A stretch of 64,000 nucleotides of DNA, taken from Oopsacas minuta (lineage: Eukaryota; Animalia; Porifera). Shown one piece after another: positions 27,316 to 41,559 of the stretch. Made by a program: the position numbers and the translations under genes. Location of the stretch: contig JAKMXF010000344.1 of assembly GCA_024704765.1 (NCBI GenBank), positions 139,276-203,275 on the forward strand, written 5' to 3'. Every line of letters starts with the position of its first letter. Position 1 is the stretch's first letter. The notes under the pieces were generated by a model. The model saw nothing but the letters and a program-made list of their open reading frames with translations, did not search any database and had not been told where the DNA came from.

Positions 27316-28666
27316 CAGGGTGTATCATATGTCTTGGCCGGTCAGTAAAATGTAAATAGAATTTCCTTTATCGAGTATTTGTTCCAATTATTTGCCAATA
27401 TAACCACCATTCCTATCTAATACAAGCTGTATCCTAGCTGGCATACTACAAACTGAATTTTCTAGCAAAATCCGCATCGGCTGACATAGGCCCTTGTTAG
27501 CCAGGTGGATTTATTTGTAGAATTAAGTGTTCTAGCTTAGTAGCAGTTGCCATTTGTCCAACATGGTCTATCAATATTGATCAGAGGATTTCAATCGAGT
27601 TTCAAACTGGCGAGTTACCAGGCCACTCAACCTTCTTCAAAAACCGAGGAAAGTGTTCTACACACCATCTCTGTTTTAAGTTCGCAGTCTGAGGAGGGGC
27701 ACCATCCTGCATGAATAGCAAATCAGACATGTCAGCAAGCATTGTCTCTCCAGAATAGAACCTGTATTTGCAGTTCTGTTTGTAGCATCACTACACGTCT
27801 TGGCTAAGATATTATCTCAATAGTAGGCTCCATTTATCGTTTGTTTCGGAGGAATGATGTGTATTTCTGAAACATCCCTGTGAGACATCATACCCCAGAC
27901 TTGGATTGTTTTGGGAAATTAAATCTGAACGATAGATTCAATGTTATTTGTATTCCGAGCCCAGATACGATCGTTTTGACGATTTGGCATGGAGAATGCT
28001 TGGAAAGGTGATTCATCTGACGACAACACCTTTTTCCAGTCCCCAATTGTTTAATTTATGTGATCTTTAGCGAACTGGAGGCGTTTATCCTTCATTTTTG
28101 TGTCAATCGAGGTATTTTAGGGCGTTGAATGATTTTACTCCCAAGGAATTGGCCAAATAGCGATATATACTTGAATACGAAATAGAATATTCCTTACGAT
28201 TGAGAATAGGTGCAAGTTTACGTGTTCACTTCCCCCTCTTCCCAGAGATTTTGAGATCACTATCTTGCAGACCTTTTTCATGGTTGGAATCCTACCAGGA
28301 CGGAGTATAGTATTTTTGTCTTTTCATTGTTTCTCGTTATTCCACCACCTTTCTATCGAGCTCAAACCGACACCCAGCCTTGAAACTACTATCTTCTGCT
28401 CAATTCCTGTTCTCAGCATGACAATTGCTTTCAGGCGAATGGACAAATCATGACTTTTGACATTGATTTTTCACAATGATAAGAGAAATACAATGAATGA
28501 GCTAAAAATACAAATCAAAGTAGAAGTATTTATAAAGAAGTGTATATGCAATACACACACTTAGTAGTCAAGCGTAGGACAAATAAAGTTCAATAATAAA
28601 TTGTGGTCTGGTAAAAAACTTTAATCATTTTTTATTCATACCCGCCCAGACATATGATACACTCTG
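27316..28666 (-). mobile_element. Tc1-like DD37E transposon, degenerate
   Basis: TA-flanked; TIRs cagggtgtatcatatgtcttggccgg / cccgcccagacatatgatacactctg. Manual translation gives DWKKVLSSDESPF...NRQNDRIWA and FMQDGAPP...WPGNSPV*NSIE (37 residues from D to E). Not captured by the ORF track. Confidence 0.88.
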
Positions 28667-29168
28667 TATGTGTGTAGTTTATATGCATGCTATATACACA
28701 TACACACTTGTTTTTATCTCCAGATCGATTGAAGAACCTGGAAGACCTCAAGTAACTTACTAAATTATATGTACGTGTGAAATATGGGTTAGAGGTCTTT
28801 CCAGGAGTGGATTCACTAAGTATTTGACATTGTAATAGCCATTAGGTCATTAATCTTCTGCGAAATGTAATGAAGTTTAGCATACAGTAAACTCTCGTCA
28901 TAACGAGGTGCTCGGTCCTAGGTTTCATTCCTTTTAAGCAGAATTTCTTTGCAAGTGGATTTTTGTTATCTCTGTGGAGAAAGCAGTTACTATTAAGTAA
29001 TATGGTAAAAATCAGTTTGGTATAATGGGAACTTTGTTTGAACCAGAGATTAATATACTAGGGGTTAATATATTTCATAAATCAATATATACATATTAGA
29101 ATACAAATAGGTGCAAAGACATGTTTAGATGAATCTACATCAATGTTGTTAATTTTGTGTAAAGATAA

Positions 29169-31293
29169 CACTAGTCAACACGTATTTTGGTGATACGGAA
29201 GTTTGACATTTTTTAGTTATATTTTGTACATAGATTCGTAAAATGTCCTCAACTTTGATCAATCAGCTCTTGTTTTTGAATATATCCTCTATTGACTTAA
29301 ACTAATTAATTACTATAATATATCATATACGAATATATATGTCAAGAAATTTTGCCATGAGCATAAACGTTATCACAAGAATAATACTTTACACAGAAAT
29401 TCTATGAACAGTAGAAACAATAAATCAACGTCTAAAAAGCGTCTTTTCCGGAACACCCTTGAGTGAGATTTGCCTGAACAATCTTGCTGAAGACTCCAGC
29501 AGCAATCTCCCATCATGTGAATTTCCCACCTTCCCTGGTACCTCCCTTCCATTACCCTGTTGTCTTGATGGAACCTTTCTCCTTGTTCTTCACTTAGGTC
29601 ATCCAAGGTTTTCCGGAAAATGATCTAAACGGTTATAGAGGTAATGAATCTTGATGCTCATCTTGCAGCCAAGATTATTGAATTTCGAGAGTATGTTGCC
29701 TACCAATTCAGCGTAGTTATCTGCTTTGTGGTTGCCCGAAAGATTTTGGGTAACTAATACAAATGCGGACCAAGCTCCAGATTCAGTGTCATTATGAACC
29801 TAATAAAACAGATGTCTTTAATGTGCTTTCTGATCTTGTGGCCATCAAATATTCCAGCTTTGAGCTTTTCAGTGCTAAGTTCAGGAAATGAACTGCATAG
29901 GTAATGGAAGCAGGAATCATCTTTATTCAGAGCTTTAACGAACTGTTTCATGAGGCCCAGTTTGATGTGCAATGGTGGAAGAATGATCTTTCCCTGTTTG
30001 TAATCAGAGGTTTGTAATTCTGTTCATTTCTCCAATTACCATATTCTTTCTCAAGGGCCAATCTTTTCTTGTGCAGTGGTTATTTCTTGCTCGGCTATCC
30101 CAAACACAAAGGAAGCATGGATATTTTGTGTAGCCACTTTGGTGGTCAATGAGGAAATTAACCATCTTTAAGTCAACACAAATTACCCATTGGTAAACAT
30201 GATTTTTCAGTTCCTCCCTAACCAGTTTGATTGACTCATACTCCTCCTTCATACTGGTTGTGTAACCAATTGGAATAGAAGCATATTTGTTCTGATTATG
30301 GAGCAAAACACATTTCAAACTCCTAGTAGAACTGTCGCTTACAAGGCGCCATTAATTTGGCCTGTATTCTGGTACCCCCATTTCTTCTAAATGAACTCCA
30401 ACATCATTGCACCAAACTAGGCTGTAGTCGTTGGAAAATCAAGTCAGTAAAGACTGCTCTCTGTTACGATAATATGTAATCTTGGTTCCAAGATGAAGTA
30501 AATTTTTGTCATTCAACCTGGATGCCAGTACTTCAGAGAATTCTTTCAAGAGGTCGAGATCCCTGATCAGATCATTTAATTCGAGTTGATCAAACGGTGG
30601 AGGACCATCGATGAAATGTCTTCAAAATCGCTATTACTTGAATTAACTTCTGCTTCATGAAGAATATCTGAATCATTTAGATGAAGGTTAAAAGGCGAAA
30701 TGGGCACCTCATCTGAGTGTGGAACAGGTCATCTCGCTGACTCTACAAGTTTTAGATACTGTGTCGGGGCCATAGTTTATCTTGATCCCCAAGCCTGACA
30801 CAAAATAAGCAAGATATGCCTTATTAACAAAGTGAGAAATAAGTCTTCGCTTTTCTCTCATAGTATAGCTACCACAAATATAGCAGAATACACTTGGGTT
30901 ATTCAAACAACTTCTTCGTGACGAAGCCATGTAATACAACAATATCTACTTAGTATTTGAAATGGAAATCAATATTATATGATAACAATTATATCCATAA
31001 AATTAGGCATACATAATATGGTTCTAGAATGAATGAAAGATGCAATATTTCAAGACTTAAGTCAGGCACAAAATTGTTTTGATTTACTAAAGAAAGATGA
31101 TTTTATTATGGTAATATCCCAACTTTAGCCTACATTAAATGCGAATCAGTATTTCAGGAAATATATTGATACTCAAAACTAGAGCTGATAGGTGAAAACC
31201 GATCGTAGTATTGAAATCAGCAAATCAAATATACACTATAACAGGGCTAAGTTCTGAGTCACCAAGAATGTTTTTCATTTCTTTTGGGCTGCG
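29169..31293 (-). mobile_element. Chapaev3-like transposon, degenerate
   Basis: MASSRRSCLNNPSVFCYICG (ATG 30930), CVLLHNQN...YPCFLC, HIKLGLMKQFVKAL, SEEQGERFHQD. Candidate ends cactagtc.. and ..gggctgcg are both flanked by TAA, with inverted subterminal agagctgat. Ends less certain than the coding identity. Confidence 0.78.
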
Positions 31294-32204
31294 TAACAAA
31301 CCACAAAATACATAGTTGGGTAGATTAAGTTTGTTATTATTATGCACTTAGTAACGTGCTCAACTTTCAGTAAATACCATGTTAGCGAATAGAACTTTGA
31401 ATTACATTTCGGATTCAGTACTAACTACGCACTTGAAACGCATAGTGAATTCGGTTGCAGAGGATTGATATACATATTGACAATATTTAAATTATTTATC
31501 CCTTGTACCGCAAAAATTCCTCAGGAATGGGACAAAATTCAATTCTCAAAATTTCTCCGAAACTCATCGAGTGACACTTTGTTCGAAGCCACTGGCTGGC
31601 TGAGTCTAGTTATGGACATAACTGACACATTTCTGGGGAATTTCTGAGTTGGTGGGGAAAAATAGCTCTAAATATCCTCAAATATGCTTATCAAGCTGCT
31701 AAAATTTGGTGTTGAGCATGAATCAATAATGAGTAGAAGCAGTAGAATTTTTAGCATTGATTATCAACACGCGGATAGTATTGGAAACCAAATATATTCT
31801 GTATATACAACTTGGCTATAGCGGGAATTTCTTGTAGATTAAGTTTCGATCCCAAACATTATTATCACTGACATAACTACATGTAATTGCTGCGAACTAC
31901 TGGGAATGTGAGTCTGCGTTTAATGAAATGAGAACTTTGCTCTTCGCTTTTCACCTCAATGTATACTTTATTCTTCTGAGTGATGCCTCATTGCTACAAA
32001 ATTTGTCCTTTCAAATTATTAATACATTTACATAAGCGAATATTGAAAGATTCAATTCGGATTGACTGTACTTTAATTCTAAATAGAAGCAGTTGAAATC
32101 AGCAGTCTCAATCAGACCGACTACTGACTTACCTGACAAAAACTGCGAATAGTCTAGTGAATGTATCGCGAACAATGAAACACGTACAAAATCTTATCCG
32201 CGGA

Positions 32205-32920
32205 CAGTAGTGTAACTGTGGGAGCTGGAGTGTGCAATTCCCCCCATTTTGAAACTTGAAACATTCTTACTATTGTGCCAATATGTATAGAATCAGTAAC
32301 CCTGTATTCTTACCTCCACTATTGTTATGAAACCCCATTTGTATATTTCTGCTTGTTTATTGAATTCCCTACATTTGGGATATTTCTAGAGTGGTCGAAC
32401 CTTAAAAAATTTCGCTCACTCTCTCGCTCGCTGGTAATACTTGTTGAATTTGAGATAACATTTTTGAGAACGGATGGAAATGTGGAAATATGCCAGTTTA
32501 GCAAGATTTCAGGAATAATATAATTAATGTTACATAATTTCCTCATTATTTGCATGTAATGTTCGTGAATTCAAATTTATGAGTGTGGTATATAGTGCTT
32601 ATGCTAGAAAAGTATAATGAAAAGTGAGCTAGTTGGATCACTTTAATACACCATTACGAAACTGAATAATTGACTGAAACAATTGACTGAAACAATTTGA
32701 TATTGAAAGGTATACAATCCAACTCTTGCTTGTCAAATACCTGGATGCTGGAAAATATTCCTTTCTTGAGGTCTTGAAACTCTAAATTTCTGCCCCGCAA
32801 GTCTCGCTAGTACCTTTAACATTACATTGCAATGCAAAAGGTACTTTGAATGATATAATTTCCAGCGCCCCCCCTAGTTTTTGTGATCTACCCCAATGTT
32901 TTCATTTTGTTGTTCCACTG
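32205..32920. mobile_element. 716-bp hAT-type MITE
   Basis: Ends cagtagtgtaac / gttgttccactg; GC-rich 8-bp TSD tccgcgga / tccgcgaa (7/8); poly-C subterminal tracts. Confidence 0.72.
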
Positions 32921-34449
32921 TCCGCGAATAGCCAAAACAGTTTCTAAATAGTTTTTATAGAGCCTAGGTCCGGGGTATTGACCCTCGCTATGCTCGCGAC
33001 CCCTCCTAGAATTTTCCCAGAATTTATATACAATAATATTCCTAGAATTTATATGCATAAATCTATCGTATGACCACTAAAGAATGTAATGACAAATCTT
33101 TAATATTATATTCCACATATTAACAGCCTTTAATTGTTTTAACACTCCAAATACATATTCCTAGATACTATAGTATTGTTTCAATCCATTCCGCTAATCC
33201 AAGACAATCACTAATCCTAATGAATGATTTTGTAATTGTAACAGTTCTGTTTGGATTAGCAGGGATGTATTGCACCATAAATTCAAATAAAATGGATAAA
33301 TAATTGTACTAGCTTTCGTATGTATTACGCCAGTTTTAACGCTCGGGAACTCTCCTTAGATATTGCATGTGTGGGAATAATTTGAAAGTACTGTATAAGT
33401 AGCAATTTTTCAATTATTGTTGTATCTATGTCAAATGACACATAATAGTTAGAGAATTGATGTTTTTAATATTAATGAGATATTTGAGAGCAATCATGTT
33501 TTTGGAAATCTCTAAATATCAGAATGAAACCATTAAGTTCTTCAGGTATAATCAAACAATCAGATTGAAAAAGAGTCCATTGTGAAGAATCCAGTAATTT
33601 ATATAGTTTAATAACTCTAATAACGAATATCTTAGTTCTGAAACATTCGGAAGTGGTCAAAATTTCCCTATCTAAATTAATACCCATATTGAGATGATAA
33701 CCTGAATTTCAGTGGATAGCAATGGTGTAATACATGATATCTACTGTAACTCAGAAACGTGAAATCTTTGTCCTAATTTCCACTCAATTCGAATATGCGA
33801 TAATTGATGTTCTACGGAGCTTAATGATAGATTTTGACTAATGCCTAGTACTTAGTGTACAGATATTTTGAAATATTCCTGAATTTTATAGCATTATTGG
33901 GTTGAAGATTTGTTGTTTTGCAAATTTGAAGTATGTTTTTATTCTTGCCAAAATGCATTGTTTCTGCAATCTAGAAACCATGTAATATATGCTTTCTGTT
34001 AATATCGTAGCCATGGTCCAAACTCTCCAAGTTGTTGTCTGGATATGTTCTGACTTATCTATCTACGTAATTTAGTATGTCATTACGTATTATAGACTTA
34101 TCACTCGAATCTTCCTTGGCTTTAATTATATCAATTATATAGAATGATGCGAATAACAATGCTTGTGTATTTTACGAAATTATATTTTTTGATCATTTAT
34201 GAGTTTTGTTTGTCCTAGTTAGGGTCTCTTTTGCTTGTAAAAACTGGTAATAGTCTTCTTCTACTAATTCATCTATAGAGATTCTAAAAACTCTAAAAAT
34301 ATATGTTAATTTATTCATATCAATGCTAATATGAATGTGCCTATAAAATTATTACATTGTTGGGTAGTCAATTAGTCATCATAAACTTTTACTCTTGTTT
34401 ATAATGAATCCCCGTCGCATATCGTATTTATTATTCTTTATTTCATTAG

Positions 34450-34913
34450 GGAAACTTTATGGTGTTTCAGTTGATTGGTGGTCCTTTGGTGTATTGTGTT
34501 ATGAAATGCTGATTGGCCAATCACCATTCCAAGGAGAAGATGAGGATGAACTTTTTCATTCCATTTGTAATGATTCTATTGATTATCCTAGATGGCTTAG
34601 TAAAGATGCTATTAATCTTGTTGATAAATTGCTTCAACGCATACCTGATCAGAGAATCGGTTGCACAGAACAAATTGAACCTCTCAGACATCATGTATTC
34701 TTCCGTACCATTGATTGGAATCTTTTAGAGAATTTGAAAGTTCAGCCACCTTTTAAACCAAAAGTGAGGTCATCGAATGATGTAGGAAACTTTGATGCTG
34801 ATTTCACTATAGAACCGCCTAATTTAACGCCATCGGATGAGCGAATAATTCAAGAAATGTTGCAGTCTGAGTTCGATGGGTTTTCCTTCACAAACCCCAA
34901 TTACAAAACGTAG
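34450..34913 (+). CDS. PRKCD: novel PKC terminal exon: kinase C-lobe and AGC C-terminal tail
   Basis: Acceptor tttcattag (34448-34449), phase 1, joins as [31 protein letters not shown]. Contains PPFKPKV, NFDADF, turn motif LTPS and hydrophobic motif FDGFSFTNP; TAG at 34911-34913. Confidence 0.96.
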
Positions 34914-35424
34914 TTGTTATATTGAACTTCATGTTCTATGTCCAATTTTGTATATCTTTGATTTTTTGGTTGTATATTTAGAGTTTGATTTTGTGGGATT
35001 TTTTGTTTTGTTGTTATCTTTATTGCAATTGATCATTAACTTGCCATATTTTACCTTTGCAAATCTAGGTATATGCTTCGTATATTGACGAAGACCTTGT
35101 TATTTGCCTTGGATTAACTTTCATGGAATACTGCCAATTTTCAAATTATAATGGTGTAACTAGAGAGGATTAGATTTTAAGTGATAAGCCTTGCTATAAG
35201 TTGATGTCAATTATTCGGATCCTAGCCATCTTATTGTTTATAATAGGGCAGACTTATAATTTATAACTCCAATACATCCGTGATAGTGATTATTTGAAAA
35301 TTTACCAACATAAACATAATCTATCAAGGAATGTATTTAGAATTTTCATAATCGAAATCTCGGTTGTATTATTTGTATATGTTATGGGCAGTATGAGAAA
35401 TTGGGCATTATGCATAATACCCAG

Positions 35425-35535
35425 CAATATACATAATGCTACTTTCTTAGTCAATATGCATAATGCTACTTTTATTGGGCAATATGCATAATGCTACACA
35501 TATTGGACTATATGCATAATGCTACTCTTATTGGA
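35425..35535. repeat. four ~28-bp subterminal repeats of the integrase transposon
   Basis: Core c(a/t)atat(g/a)cataatgctac repeated at 35425, 35452, 35480 and 35508; the same core occurs inverted in the right TIR. Confidence 0.9.
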
Positions 35536-35748
35536 CAATATACGAAATCCAATTATTCATACGCAATATGCAATTTTCTTATCTTGTTATCAGCAATTTT
35601 TATATAACAAATGTTTTGGCTAGTTATTCTTCTATAAATACTCAGCTACTTGGCTTACGTTTATTCTTTGCTAATAGTACTATGAGGTCTCTATATTCAC
35701 AACTATACTTATTACTGCAGCTTTGGTTGTTGTGACACCTACTGTGAT

Positions 35749-38486
35749 CAGGGGCGGCGCCAGGATTTGGCAAAGCGAGGAGCTGGGCCGGGCGACACGT
35801 TTTATCGCGGGGGCCAAGCTCGCTCGACATATCTATTAAATGATTCAACATATTCCCCATTAATTGCCAGAAAATTCTCTGATCTGGTGCTTTAGATGAA
35901 AAACATAGGTAAATCAGAAATAAAGACATAGATTATTAAGATAATAAGGTACTAACAATCAAACACAAAAAATTTATGCAAACATGGCCTGTGTAGTTAA
36001 TCTATCATATACATGCTAAAGGAGAAAAATGAAGTATTTGAATTACTGTTATGTAACCAGATGGAATAATGCCTATTAGTGACCATCAATGCAAAACAAT
36101 TCTTCTCTTGTTGCCTTCTGCAAACTTTTCAATCACTGTATCTTTATCCAAGTCCTGAGCCATTTCTATATTTGTGTTCAAAACTCCTAAATCACTTACA
36201 CGATCATTCCCATGGAACTGCCAAATAATTTTTAATGCGGTTCATGGTGGAGAATGAGCGTTCTTCCTCAGTAGAAGAAGTCGGGATTATTAGGGCAAAC
36301 TTGATACACTTGAACAAGATATGAAGAACACGCTCGTGGGGAGCAATAAATTTTAGCATGTCATTTAGTGAAAGAGGCAAGTGAATAGCATCTACAGAAT
36401 CTCTCTCGAAAATGTGTTTCATTAGTCCTATTTCCATTTCAAGCTTCTTGTTTCCTTCCAAAACCAGCCCACATTGTCTACAAAAGCCTTTGATATCACC
36501 TAAGTCGCAAAATTTCTCAGTCCCTGGCTTTAAGGCATAAATTCCACGAAGTACAGTTTAGCTTTCAGCATCTAAAAATCTCCTATCAAAATCAGCGACA
36601 GCTTTTGCGCAGACTGGCTGGAAAACATGATGGTGATAATCGTCTGTGCTCTCATAATTGCGAATAAATGCGTCACGATCAACTCTCTTTTTACGAATTC
36701 TCCGAGATGGCAACTCAGGTAAACCCCTTTCTTAACCAAATCCTGTGATTCACTCCAAATAATGTTCCAAATCGAATCTTCTGGGAATTTGGGTCTGTCA
36801 AACCAATTGCGGGCTTGCTGAATTTGTGCCAAAGCTTCAGATATATTTTCAGACTTACCCTGAAATTTAAGAGAAGCATCATCACATATTTTCAAAAACC
36901 ATTTAGCAATTGATAAATGAACGACGAAAGATGATGTCAACTGAGAATGAATCAGCCTAGCGTAGCTCCGCGATCTCCACCTTGGTATACCATATCATCC
37001 AAATTGTCTATAATTGAATCGAAAGTGAGGGCTACAGCTTCACAGCTGTGTGCTCTAGATGACCACCTTGTGTCAGACAAAGTTGAAATTTTGCGGGGTT
37101 TGCTGATTTTTTGCTTTGTCTTTTTGGTGGTGAATAATACAGAGTGTACAACAGAAGAACTAAAGAAGTTGTAAATCTTCTGGAGTGTTGAAAAAAGATC
37201 ACAAAATTTTCCGAATGCTTTACTGAGATCAACAACAACAATCAAATTTATGCGGTGGGCATAACAGTGCACATAAATTGCCCTTCCGCATTTCTCACGA
37301 ACAATTTTCTGTACGCCATTACATGACCCAGACATAACACTCGCTTCGTCGTAACATTGGGCAACACATAGTCATGTGGAATGCCCATTTCACCCAATAG
37401 GTTAAAAATATCAGTGCTTAATGACTTTGCATCTAATCCTAAACATCTGTGGAAAGCTGCGAATGAATCCTGCACCTCACTGCAGTAAACATATCTGAGT
37501 ATCAAACCAAATTGTTCTTGTTTTGAAGAATTCTCGTGTTTATTAAAGGATCGCATACAGCAACCAGATGCAAGAGAGCAATGAAAATTTCCAGGATTAG
37601 AAGCTGAATGATCAGTTTCTCTGTGACCACGTATAGTAATACCCTTGTCCACAGCAAGTTAGAATGCAATCGATAATACCACGAAGATAATGACGGTTTT
37701 CATCGACAAGCTTTTTATGAACAGCATCCATAAACGAGACAATATTTTCATTGTTTTGTACAGAACGCTGATAGCCCAGCATTTTCTCTGTAGCAAAACG
37801 ATGATCAGAACTTTTAACGTGGTTTGTAAACTTCTCTAATGCATTCTTAAAATATGTAAAACCAGTCTCAATAAAAGCATCACCATTTCCAAAAAATCTA
37901 CAAAACTGACAAAAAGCTGCATTCTTAGCTTAAGAATACTCAAGCCATGCAAAATCTGAATGCCACTTTTCCTAAAAAGAAAGACCTTCACGCTTAGGAA
38001 ATGTGTTCAACAATGGTTGCGCAGGTTTGTCAGTCTTAAATTGAGAGATATCAGAAGAACCAGGTATATGCGCACAATACTTTCCTCCGATTCCGAATCA
38101 AAGGAATCATCTGGGCAAGGACGTTTAGCACGAACAGGTTTTTGAGCTTTGCCAAATAGCCATCCAAAGACATAATTTAGTTGAAATAAAATAAATCTAA
38201 CATCGTAAGTAGAATAAACAAATATAATAAAATATACAACAAAATGACTCATCAACTGAATGAAAAACAAGAGTTTCGGAGAAGTAAGGCGGAATATTTA
38301 GCTAAATTAGGCATCTATAAACACAACCTAAAAAACATGTACTTTTAAAACAAGCAAATTTCGGAAAAAAACAAAACAAAGACGAAGCAGGTTCGTTCAA
38401 AATTTTAAATTTTTATCTCCTGAAATTTACTGAGCGGCTCAAGGGGGGGCTTGAGCCCCCCAAATTTGTCCTGGCGCCGCGCCCTG
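35749..38486 (-). mobile_element. hAT element A (ZMYM1/Charlie-like transposase, degenerate)
   Basis: TIRs caggggcggcgccagga / tcctggcgccgcgccctg; TSD actgtgat / tctgtgac. Motifs RGHRE..SNPGNF, YVHCYAHRINL, LSDTRWSSR, IPTSSTEEERSFSTMNRIK. Confidence 0.92.
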
Positions 38487-38496
38487 TCTGTGACAT

Positions 38497-41400
38497 CAGT
38501 GGTGGATTAATGGTGGGGCGGATGGGGCAGTCCCCCGGGGCCCGACTAAAAGGGCCCCTATACAAAGCTGTAATATTTGTATTGGGAAATTTGTTGCATT
38601 ATATTGTTTGAGTAGTGAACCAATAACACTGATAAGGTTAATTAATTTTGAACAGTGAAGCAATAACAATGATACAATTAATAGGCAGCACACCTTTAAA
38701 ATAAACAAGCCCAGCCCTTATCTACTTTTACAATGACTTTTTCGAGTCTTAATATATTCTCCACTTTTCAGTAATGCATCCTATTCACAAGTCGGGGGCA
38801 ACTAAAAGAAAAGAACGTCACCTTCGCGAAGAGCAACAGATACAAGAAACGTCTAAACTTCCTAAACTAGACACATTCTTTAACCTACAATCACAATCCC
38901 AAGAATCGCCAGCCGAAGGCTATGAGCTTCTACTTCAACATCCTCTTTTGTACCTCTTGGCGATTCATTTGTATGTAATTCAAACGAATTACTTTCAGTA
39001 GTGGACTCCAGTTTTATCGAGTCAGAGTATCAAGTTCCCGAGGTTGTAGAAGAGCAACATGCTTTAACCCAGAAAGAAATGCAACTTGTGAATGACTTTG
39101 GGTTGTGGGACGATATATCAGAGGACATATGAAATCGCTGGATAGCCGAAGGAGTGAAGGTTGTAGAAACAATTGTAATAACTTCCTAATTCTGACATGA
39201 TTCATAGAAATAAAGGATATCACCAATATTGCTCTAAGTCTTTCTTCACACGAATTCATCCTTTGACAGGAGAGTTTACAGAACTTATATGGCACTGTTA
39301 CTCGCCCTCAAGAGGGAAAGTATTCTGCTTCGCTTGTAAGCTCCTATCACCAACAACTAGTTTATTCACTCAAGGCTTTAATGACTGGAAGCATGCTGAC
39401 GAGAGAATTTCGTCCCATGAAAATAGCCAGCAGCATAGAGAAGCCATGGTAATTATGTGCACGAGAAAAACAAGTATTGGTAGAGTGGATTGTCATATCA
39501 TAGAGGAGTTTGAAAACCAACGACAGTATTGGCGCAAAGTGATAGAGTGTGCAGTATCTGTAATAACATGTTTTGAGAAAGGGGTCTCCCGTTGAGAGGG
39601 AAAGACGAAGTCATTGGGTCTCCAAGAATGGTAATTATCTAGGAGTGATGGAAGTCCTTTCAAATTACGATTCATTCCTTGATCAACACATCACTATGTT
39701 CGTTAACAAAGGAAGGGGCCATACTTCATACTTGTCATCAACCATTTGCGAGGAATTGATTAGTCTAATGGGTAGCAAGGTTCTTGATACAATTACCAAA
39801 GAACTGAAATCAGCGAAGTTTTATTCAGTGTCTGCCGATTCGACATCCGATGTTACACACTCAGATCAACTGACATTTATTGTCCTCTGTGTCTTACCGA
39901 CTGGGCCTAAGGAAATATTTCTGAAGTTTTTACCGACTGGGCCTAAGGAAATATTTCTGAAGTTTTTACCGACTGGGCCTAAGGAAATATTTCTGAAGTT
40001 TTTACCGACGATCGGTCATACTGGACAAGTGATAGCGGAAATGATACTAAGCTTTCTAGAGGAATATGGAATCGACATCAATAATTGTCGTGGTCAAACA
40101 TATGATGATGCATCAAATATGAGTGGGAAATATATAGGTGTGTAAACTATCATCAAACAACAGAGTCAATATACGACATTTATACCCTGTGTAGTTCATT
40201 CCCTCAATCTTGTGGGAAAAAGTTCCGCTGAATGTAGCCCAGTGATTGTGAGATTCTTTGACATTATACAAAAGTTTTACACTTTTCTCTCAGCATCTAA
40301 CGTATCGATGGCGACTTCTTTATGAAAAACTTAAGCCCATAGGCTTGTCTGTAGTCAAGCGGCTTTCTGATACTCGGTGGTCGCAAGATATGAAGCAGTG
40401 GAAGCCCTGCACAAAGGATATAATATTTATGTGAGTTTTACTATCTTTGGCGTCGGATATTGAACAGAAGGTTGACTGTCGAAATGAAACAAGTTCGATG
40501 CTTAAAAAACTTGGCGTTAGATTCCGTCATTCTTCTTGTATTTTGGGAAACAGTTTTAGAGCGCTTCCACCAAACTAATCTCTCCTTTCAGTCAAGCACT
40601 TTAAATCTCAATGTCATGGTATCGTTACTCGAGTCCCTTGTTGGATTTATTGAAACTCTGAGAACCGAATTTGAACATTTTCATAAGCAGGGTATTATTT
40701 GAGTGGACATGACCAGTACAACTCAGTCCTTAAGCGAGTAAGAGTACCCAACCGTCGTTATTTTGATGTAGATGACGGAAATGAAGATCGCAATATGTCG
40801 CCAATGGATAAGTTCAGACAAGACGTGTTTCAAGTTATCAATGATCAGTTGATAAGTGACTTGAAATATCACCTTGAGGCATATAAAGAAATCAGCTATA
40901 ACTTCGGATTCTTGTGTAAACTACCATCTTTCCTAATCAAATGATCAAACAAGCTGTAGGAAAAAATACATGCTCATATCCCAACGATCTGGAACCTACG
41001 ATTGAGATTAAGCTTATTCAATTTTCCAGCTTGATCAGATCTTTCGGTAGAGCTCCAAACAAATGAAAAAACGAAGTCAACAGAGCTGAACATGTATGAA
41101 TTCCTTGACACACAAACCCCACGCAAACGTTCCCCAACATAGAATTAGCTCTTCGAATATATTTATCTCTGATGGTATCAAATTGTAGTGGTGAGAGGTC
41201 TTTTTCGAAACTGAAACGTATCAAAAATGAGCTCAGAAATAGAATTGGACAAGATCGACTTAATAGTCTATCAATCAGGAGTATTGAGAGTGATGTACTG
41301 AGACAACTAGACTTTTCACAGATAATTATGGATCTTTGTCATCTGAAGAGTAGGAAAAGGCCTATATAATGTCACTCTAAGGATTATTTTCTTCTATAAG

Positions 41401-41559
41401 TAATACATGAATAATTACGTAAAAATTTTGAATATACGTATAATAATTTTATAGCACAAGGAGCCTGTAAAAGTATATTCGGGGTGTCCCTAAATAAACT
41501 CCTAAAGGCACATGGTTGATGTCCGCCCGGAGGCCCATTATACCCATAATCCATCTCTA
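38497..41559 (+). mobile_element. hAT element B (ZMYM1/Charlie-like transposase, degenerate)
   Basis: Ends cagtggtggattaa / taatccatctcta; TSD tgtgacat / agtgacat (7/8). Motifs VFCFACKL, GFNDWKH, SVSADST, CRGQTYDDASNMSG, CVVHSLNL, SNCSGERSFSKLKRIK. Confidence 0.92.
39894..40009 (+). repeat. perfect 36-bp tandem triplication (LPTGPKEIFLKF x3)
   Basis: ttaccgactgggcctaaggaaatatttctgaagttt x3 followed by ttaccgac; in frame within ORF 39573..40145. Confidence 0.97.

Noticed and set aside
35425-35535. CRISPR-like repeat array
   Set aside because: Units are adjacent ~28-bp subterminal repeats without unique spacers, there are no cas genes, and the context is eukaryotic.
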